A stretch of 64,000 nt of DNA, taken from NCBI GenBank assembly GCA_963816145.1, contig CAWFJP010000002.1:32001-96000 (forward strand). The letters run 5' to 3'. Source of the DNA: an uncultured delta proteobacterium. GTDB lineage: Bacteria > Desulfobacterota > Binatia > UBA9968. Of this stretch, positions 58,845 through 64,000 are shown one piece after another. The notes under the pieces are model-generated. The model saw nothing but the letters and a program-made list of their open reading frames with translations. It was not told the origin of the DNA and ran no database searches. Position numbers and translations under genes: made by a program. Positions within the stretch are counted from its first letter, which is position 1. Every line of letters starts with the position of its first letter.

Positions 58845-60752
58845 TCAATCGAGCTGGCTCCACGCTTTGAATTCTTCAAGACCCAGTTGTTGCAGCGTAT
58901 CCATGAACGGGCGGCCGGTGTGTTCGTGGCGGCCGGAGATTTTGTAATATTCGTAAACCAAGCCGGGCAGCCACTTGGCGATAGAGAAGCCTTGGTACTT
59001 TCCGTCGGGGATTGGTTCCAAGAATCTCGGGCCGACATCTTGCCAGTCATGCTCGGCGATCCAGCCGCGCTGAGTGCCGAAGACGCTTTGTAAAATAATC
59101 GCCCGATGGCCGGCGTCGACGAGTTCGTCTAGGCTGACGTCCCAACCTGTGGTCGCGTTGAGCGCGTCGAGCATGCTCTGCACGCCGTCACGCGGCTTGT
59201 CGTTCAAGGCAAACCAGCAGCCGCCCATGATGCCGCAGGCTTGACGAACTTTCTCGGTGATCAGGTGCGAACTCGTCCAACCGTCGGGTTGATTGGGATC
59301 GAGGGGGCCCCACTTCTCGCGATATTTTAAATCGGCGGGTGGTTCGGTGCCGCCGGCACCTTGCGGCTTCATACCGCCGCTGGCGACCAGCTCGCGGAGC
59401 ATTTGGCTCAACAGCGGGCGCCACTCATGTTGCGCCGGGGTGCCGCCTTTGGTGTGCACCACCCAATTCTTCGCTTCACCACCCAGTTCTTCTGCCAACT
59501 CTTTGGGACCGTCGGCGAGAATGTTACCGAGCCAGGTTTCACGCCGGGCGCAGCGTTCGAGCAGAGTCTCGACCGCTTCCAGGTTGCCCCATTCCAATTT
59601 CAAACCGTCGGTCTTGTCCGGGCCGAGCACGCCCTTCTCCCAGGCTTCGAAGGCAAGTCCGGCGCCGCAGGCATAGTGGCTGCACTCGATGCCGAGGTCG
59701 TTGATTCGTTCGGAGAGATAGAGCACGTCGTTGCCTTTGAAACCGAGGTTGTAAAACGTGTCCATCCACTCGCTGCCGGCGTTGAAGTGGCCGATCTTGC
59801 CTTTGAAGCGGCCCTCGCCAATCTCGACGTCCCACGGGCACATGCGCGGGCATTGGAAGCAGGGGCGTAAGGTGACGCGATTTTGATCGAGGCCTTTGGC
59901 TTCATCGGTGATGATGGTGCTGCGCCAATTCAACTTGGTTATGGCGCCCCAATCCTCGCCATGGCCGACGCTGGTGAGACGCTTTTTAACCGTGGTCTTG
60001 CGCGAGGCGATCGCTTTGGCCCAGCGCTGGCCGGCGTCGATTAGCTTGTTCTTGTCGTGCAAGCGCGGCCGCTTGGTGCCCCAGGCGACAAACGCCTTGA
60101 GTTTTTTTGAACCCATCACCGCACCCAAGCCATGCGCCGCCGTATGATTGTAGTCGTTGACCAGCATGGCGGCGCGGACGAGATTTTCGCCCGCCGGTCC
60201 GATGGCGCCGACTCGGGCGTCCTGATGGCCGGATTCTTTGCGCAGTGTGTCTTCGGTCTCGCGGATGCCTTTGCCCCAGACATGGTCGGCATCGCGCAAC
60301 TCAACTTTATCTTCACCGATGTAGAGATACTTCGGCGCCTGCGCCGCGCCGGTGACGATGATGCCGTCGTAGCCGGCGCACTTTAACGAAGTGCCGAAAT
60401 AGCCGCTGGTGGCGCCGCGGCCGAGGGTATATTTCGTCGCCGGGCTCAAATAGACGAAACACATTTTCGTTCCGCCGGGAGTAAACCCGGTGCCGGTGAT
60501 CGGGCCGGTCATGCCGACGATCACATTGCGCGCATCGTAGGGATCGATGTCGAGCGGCAGCTCGTTCAGCAGCACGTATTCGGCGAAGAGCTGCCCGCCC
60601 CAATATTTGCGTAGCAGCGGCTCATCGGGAAGGTTCACATCGGTGAGCTTTGCCGTTGTCATATCGACGCGCAGGATTTTTCCCATGTAGCCGCCCGGAA
60701 GGCGGGATTTCCGAACGGACGGAAAGAAATTGGCGTATTCAGGATTGGCCAT
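58845..60752 (-). CDS. Aldehyde:ferredoxin oxidoreductase family (W/Mo-bis-pterin) protein
   Basis: GYMGKILRVD, LSPAT, AGYDGI, IGPAGENLV, GLGAVMGSKKLKA and PCFQCPRMC. Confidence 0.92.
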   Translation of the reverse strand: MANPEYANFFPSVRKSRLPGGYMGKILRVDMTTAKLTDVNLPDEPLLRKYWGGQLFAEYVLLNELPLDIDPYDARNVIVGMTGPITGTGFTPGGTKMCFVYLSPATKYTLGRGATSGYFGTSLKCAGYDGIIVTGAAQAPKYLYIGEDKVELRDADHVWGKGIRETEDTLRKESGHQDARVGAIGPAGENLVRAAMLVNDYNHTAAHGLGAVMGSKKLKAFVAWGTKRPRLHDKNKLIDAGQRWAKAIASRKTTVKKRLTSVGHGEDWGAITKLNWRSTIITDEAKGLDQNRVTLRPCFQCPRMCPWDVEIGEGRFKGKIGHFNAGSEWMDTFYNLGFKGNDVLYLSERINDLGIECSHYACGAGLAFEAWEKGVLGPDKTDGLKLEWGNLEAVETLLERCARRETWLGNILADGPKELAEELGGEAKNWVVHTKGGTPAQHEWRPLLSQMLRELVASGGMKPQGAGGTEPPADLKYREKWGPLDPNQPDGWTSSHLITEKVRQACGIMGGCWFALNDKPRDGVQSMLDALNATTGWDVSLDELVDAGHRAIILQSVFGTQRGWIAEHDWQDVGPRFLEPIPDGKYQGFSIAKWLPGLVYEYYKISGRHEHTGRPFMDTLQQLGLEEFKAWSQLD

Positions 60753-60784
60753 GATCGTGCCTCGATAATCTAGATTTGTTACAA

Positions 60785-60881
60785 TCGTTCCAATGGTTCC
60801 AGTTGTTCCAAATGTTTCAGATGCGTGGTTCTGTTACTGCGAGTTCTAAAACAATTGGAACTTCTGGAACCTTTGGAACGC
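60785..60881. repeat. Inverted array of 9-bp GTTCCA/TGGAAC units
   Basis: TCGTTCCAA TGGTTCCAG TTGTTCCAA ATGTTTCAG ... TTGGAACTT CTGGAACCT TTGGAACGC. Confidence 0.8.
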
Positions 60882-60897
60882 GAACGCGGAGCGTTCG

Positions 60898-61953
60898 CTA
60901 TTCGGAAGCCGCCCACAGTACACGGTCGGCGGGCAACTCGATATCCAATCTCTCCCAGCTGTCCCCCCGGTCGCGGCTGATCATTAGATCGCCGGCGCCG
61001 CCCGATCCTGAGGCGTGGCCGCGGGCGACGTTGCCGAAGCCGGCGAAGACCGCTTTGTGATCGGTCGGATGATGCACCAGCGCCCAGACCATCGAGTCGA
61101 GTTCTTCGGCGAGGCCGTTGGTGACGCGGGCCCAGGACTGTGCGCCGTCGGTGCTTTTGAAGATCGCCGCGCGGGCGCCGCGATTTTCCCGGCGCCAAAA
61201 GCCGGGCGAGGCGTCGGCTGCGCCTATGAGCATGGTTGCTGGTTCGCCAGGGCTCTGCGGATTCAAGAATAGAAAATCGTGGAAATAGTCCCGGGTCATG
61301 CCGTTTTCGGCGCGAGTCCAGCCGTTTTCGGGGGTGTCGCTGGTGAAAAAGCCGCGGGCGCTGGCGACGTAGTAGCGGTCGTGGCGCTTGGGAAAGTTGG
61401 CTATCACATGAATGTCGAGATAGTCGATGCCCTTGCTGACATCTTCCCAGGCGGCGCCGCGGTCAAAGCTGCGGACGATGCCGCCATGCTCCAGGCATAA
61501 GTAAATCGTCTGCGGATTGTCGGGATGGATATGGATGTTGCGCACATGGCCATGGTGCGGCACCTGCGGGTACCACCAGTTTTTGCGCACCGATTGCGGC
61601 AGTTTTTTTAATTCGGCGATTTCTTGCCAGCTGTCGCCGCCATCTTCGCTGCGAAACAGACCCACGGGTTCGATGCCGGTATAGACGACTCTATCGTCGC
61701 CGGGGTCGACGGTGACCGAACGGATGTCGCCTTCGAACACCTTCGCCCAACTCTTGCCGCCGTCCAATGTTCTATACAGCCCGTCATGGGTGACGCCGAC
61801 GAAAACCTTTTCCGGCGACCGTTTGCAGCCGTGGATCGAATCGATGATGCCGTCTGCAAAATGACGTGCGACTTCCTGCCAGCCGGAGTCGGTCGACTTC
61901 CAAGTGATCAATCCATGTTGAGTGCCTGCGTAGAGACGGACACCTTCGCTCAT
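60898..61953 (-). CDS. BNR/Asp-box beta-propeller protein (cytoplasmic, Ycf48/sortilin-like)
   Basis: Repeated RS/TxDGGxSW boxes and no signal peptide. SD GGAGG before ATG 61953. Confidence 0.82.
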   Translation of the reverse strand: MSEGVRLYAGTQHGLITWKSTDSGWQEVARHFADGIIDSIHGCKRSPEKVFVGVTHDGLYRTLDGGKSWAKVFEGDIRSVTVDPGDDRVVYTGIEPVGLFRSEDGGDSWQEIAELKKLPQSVRKNWWYPQVPHHGHVRNIHIHPDNPQTIYLCLEHGGIVRSFDRGAAWEDVSKGIDYLDIHVIANFPKRHDRYYVASARGFFTSDTPENGWTRAENGMTRDYFHDFLFLNPQSPGEPATMLIGAADASPGFWRRENRGARAAIFKSTDGAQSWARVTNGLAEELDSMVWALVHHPTDHKAVFAGFGNVARGHASGSGGAGDLMISRDRGDSWERLDIELPADRVLWAASE

Positions 61954-61963
61954 AAAACCTCCT

Positions 61964-62056
61964 TGGTTCCAGTCGTTCCAGAAGTTCCAATTGTTCCAAA
62001 GGTTCGGACTCCGGCCACACCTGGAACCACTGGAACATTTGGAACCATTGGAACGT
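61964..62056. repeat. Inverted array of 9-bp GTTCCA/TGGAAC units
   Basis: TGGTTCCAG TCGTTCCAG AAGTTCCAA TTGTTCCAA ... CTGGAACCA CTGGAACAT TTGGAACCA TTGGAACGT. Confidence 0.8.
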
Positions 62057-62063
62057 TCCATTC

Positions 62064-62792
62064 TTACGGGAACAATTCGATTTTCCCCGTCCCGCCTTGT
62101 TTGTCCCATTGCGATTCGATGCGCGAGAAAAACTCCCAGGCCCGGTTGGCGCGGCGCTCGAAGTCGATCTCGGCATTGAAGATTTTGCATTCATCGGCGC
62201 TGAAATGCTCCACCGGGCCGAGTGGCGCGGCTTGCATGGTTTTCTTGGCGTCGTCTTCCAGGATCAGCGACGCGAACAGGACTTCCGCCAAGCTCTTGCC
62301 GGCGACGACGATGCCGTGGCCGCGCATGAGCAAGGCGCGGTGGCCGCCGATGGTTTTGAGCATGGCGTCGCCGCGTTGCGGCGTGGTGACCAGATGAGCT
62401 TCTTTGTAAAGTGGCACGCCTTCGCCGAAGATCGTGCCCTGCAGCGTTACCGGATGAAACTCGCGCTTGGCGATGGCGAACAGTGTCGCGTAGGGGGTGT
62501 GCAGGTGGGCGACGGCCAGCGCATCCGAGCGCGCCGCGTGCAGCGCTGTGTGAATCGGCCACTCTACCGGCGGCGGTATCGCGCCGGTGATGGGCTTGCC
62601 GCTCAGATCGATGGGAATCATGTCCGGCGCGGTGAAGTGAGCCTTGTCCGAACCCGAACCGGGGGTGACGAAAACCGTTTTGCTTTCGGGCTGAAATACG
62701 CTGACATGGCCGAACAGGCCGATCAGCCCCTGCATGGCGAAGATCCTTGTGCAGGTGGCCAGCTGTTCGCGCAATTCTTGTTCCGTTGCCAT
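62064..62792 (-). CDS. Class II aldolase/adducin family protein
   Basis: FGHVS, EWPIHTALH..VAHLHTPYA and LLMRGHG. Confidence 0.9.
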   Translation of the reverse strand: MATEQELREQLATCTRIFAMQGLIGLFGHVSVFQPESKTVFVTPGSGSDKAHFTAPDMIPIDLSGKPITGAIPPPVEWPIHTALHAARSDALAVAHLHTPYATLFAIAKREFHPVTLQGTIFGEGVPLYKEAHLVTTPQRGDAMLKTIGGHRALLMRGHGIVVAGKSLAEVLFASLILEDDAKKTMQAAPLGPVEHFSADECKIFNAEIDFERRANRAWEFFSRIESQWDKQGGTGKIELFP

Positions 62793-63240
62793 TTACTTGG
62801 TTCTCCTTTGTGCGGCTTCCGATTCCTCTTTGACTTCCTTAGACCAGCTGCAGTTGCAGCAGCCGCTCGGGTGGAATGTCCTCTTTGAAGCCAAGCGGGA
62901 TTTTAATGTCGTATTCGAGAAAGTTCTTGATTCCCTCAGCGGACGGTATGACCGGCGCGCCTTTGAGGGCAGCGCGCATACCGCTGCCGCCGCCGCTGAA
63001 ATCAACGTCGCCGCTGAGCAGTGCCGCCGTGGCCAGCGGCCCGGAGATGACCACGGTTTCGTTCTCCAAGCCTTCGTCTTTGAAATAGCCGCGACCGTCG
63101 GCGACGTAGATGGATAAGTAGTTTAAGTTCGCCTGAGGAATGGCGGTGCGGATTTTTTCGGCGTGGGCGTGTGTTTCAATCCCGACCGCTATAACGGAGA
63201 GGAATGCAGCGACGATTACTCTAGCAATTCGCGATGTCGG
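62793..63240 (-). pseudogene. SsuA/NMT1-like substrate-binding protein with large internal deletion and 3' frameshift
   Basis: N-terminal part (AEKIRTAIP..GYFKDEGLE..ALLSGDVDF..KGAP) joins directly to a C-terminal part (PSAEGIKNFLE..PPERLL). The last residues KEVKEE..RTK are in another frame. Confidence 0.7.
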
Positions 63241-63248
63241 AATACGAT

Positions 63249-63373
63249 CTCCTCCCCCTTGATGGGAGAGGATGAAGAGCCTGCCCCGGACTCGATCCGG
63301 GGTGGGGGTGCCCGTCAATTTCAACGGAGTGCGTAGCACCCCCATCCTGGCCTTCCCCCGTCGAGGAGGAAGG
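63249..63373. repeat. Composite palindromic intergenic element
   Basis: CCTCCCCCTTGATGGGAGAGG, CCCCGGA-CTCGA-TCCGGGG, TGGGGGTGC..GCACCCCCA and CCTTCCCCCGTCGAGGAGGAAGG. Confidence 0.7.
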
Positions 63374-63422
63374 TAGGGGTTCGGAAGGAGGAGTGATTGA
63401 GATAGTTGATGCAGTGTTACCG

Positions 63423-64000
63423 TCACGAGAAATACCGATAGACTAGTCGCTTCGGGTGCGTGATCGCCAGCCACAGCGCGCGCATTTTGCCGGCGACGCC
63501 ACAACGTGGCGTAAACAAATCCTTGAGCATCAAGCCCAAAGGAATGCGATGCTTGGGAAATCTGCCGGCGGCGATGTCGCGCACACCGTATTTGTCTTTG
63601 CCTTCTTTCAAGATGTAGACGACGCTGCCGCCACCGGCTTCTTTATCGCCATAGATGTAACCGCCCACCGATTCGGCCTGTTTTTTGGCTTTGTCGGCAA
63701 TCTCTTCGGTGAGGCCGAAGTCGAGCGCATTGACCGGGCAGGCCTGAACACAGAAGGGCTGTTTGTCTTCGCTGATGCGGTCGCTGCACATGGTGCATTT
63801 GCTGGCTTTGCCGGTAATCTCATTCTTGGTGATGACTTCCCAGGGGCAAGCATGGATACAGTACTCACAGCCGATGCAAACATCTTTGTTGATGACCACT
63901 GCGCCTTCTTCATATTTGGTGATCGCCTCGACGGGGCAAACCGCCGCGCAGGCGGCGAAGTCGCAATGCATGCAGCTATTGCGCGCCCAGATCGGCGACA
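63423..64000 (-). CDS. 4Fe-4S dicluster electron-transfer subunit (FdnH/HybA/DmsB-like), 5' end outside the window
   Basis: CMHCDFAACAAVCP, CIGCEYCIHACPW and KCTMCSDR..PFCVQACP. Confidence 0.88.
   Translation of the reverse strand, partial: SPIWARNSCMHCDFAACAAVCPVEAITKYEEGAVVINKDVCIGCEYCIHACPWEVITKNEITGKASKCTMCSDRISEDKQPFCVQACPVNALDFGLTEEIADKAKKQAESVGGYIYGDKEAGGGSVVYILKEGKDKYGVRDIAAGRFPKHRIPLGLMLKDLFTPRCGVAGKMRALWLAITHPKRLVYRYFS

Noticed and set aside
60785-62056. Possible CRISPR array
   Set aside because: Units are 9 bp, contiguous and inverted, with no spacers or cas genes.
61954-62190. N-terminal extension of the 430-aa ORF
   Set aside because: Runs through the 9-bp repeat array and the aldolase gene. 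The SD supports a start at 61953.

Overview
GC-rich bacterial chromosome segment. Gene content and intergenic repeat style suggest a Deltaproteobacteria-like lineage, possibly Candidatus Binatia (inference). Four blocks: (1) 1-41.4 kb is a low-oxygen/energy accessory region with c-type cytochromes, tandem P-type ATPases (one doubly frameshifted), a COG2403/cDPGS-like P-loop enzyme, glucan phosphorylase, a MacAB-like exporter, acetate kinase, USP and CBS proteins, TauE and CoADR-rhodanese sulfur genes, an NTT-HEAT transporter, a cytochrome bd-like oxidase carrying heme c, a split PFOR and a GNAT-ACD fusion. Nine sigma54-type -24/-12 boxes lie between 8.4 and 46.2 kb. (2) 41.6-45.9 kb is an aromatic catabolism-like operon. 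(3) 47.1-54.3 kb is core genome: tRNA-Arg, suhB, ispE, spoVG, tRNA-Gln, prs, rplY, pth, rpsF, rpsR, yybS-like, rplI. (4) 54.4-64 kb holds metabolic genes: lsrF, a Zn dehydrogenase, substrate-binding proteins, AOR, a class II aldolase and a 4Fe-4S protein. The best candidate for novelty is an ORF absent from the supplied track at 13842-14000: a membrane microprotein with an in-frame TGA, a SECIS-like hairpin and an ATGA overlap onto ackA, i.e. a candidate small selenoprotein. All product calls come from motif recognition by eye; no database searches were run.
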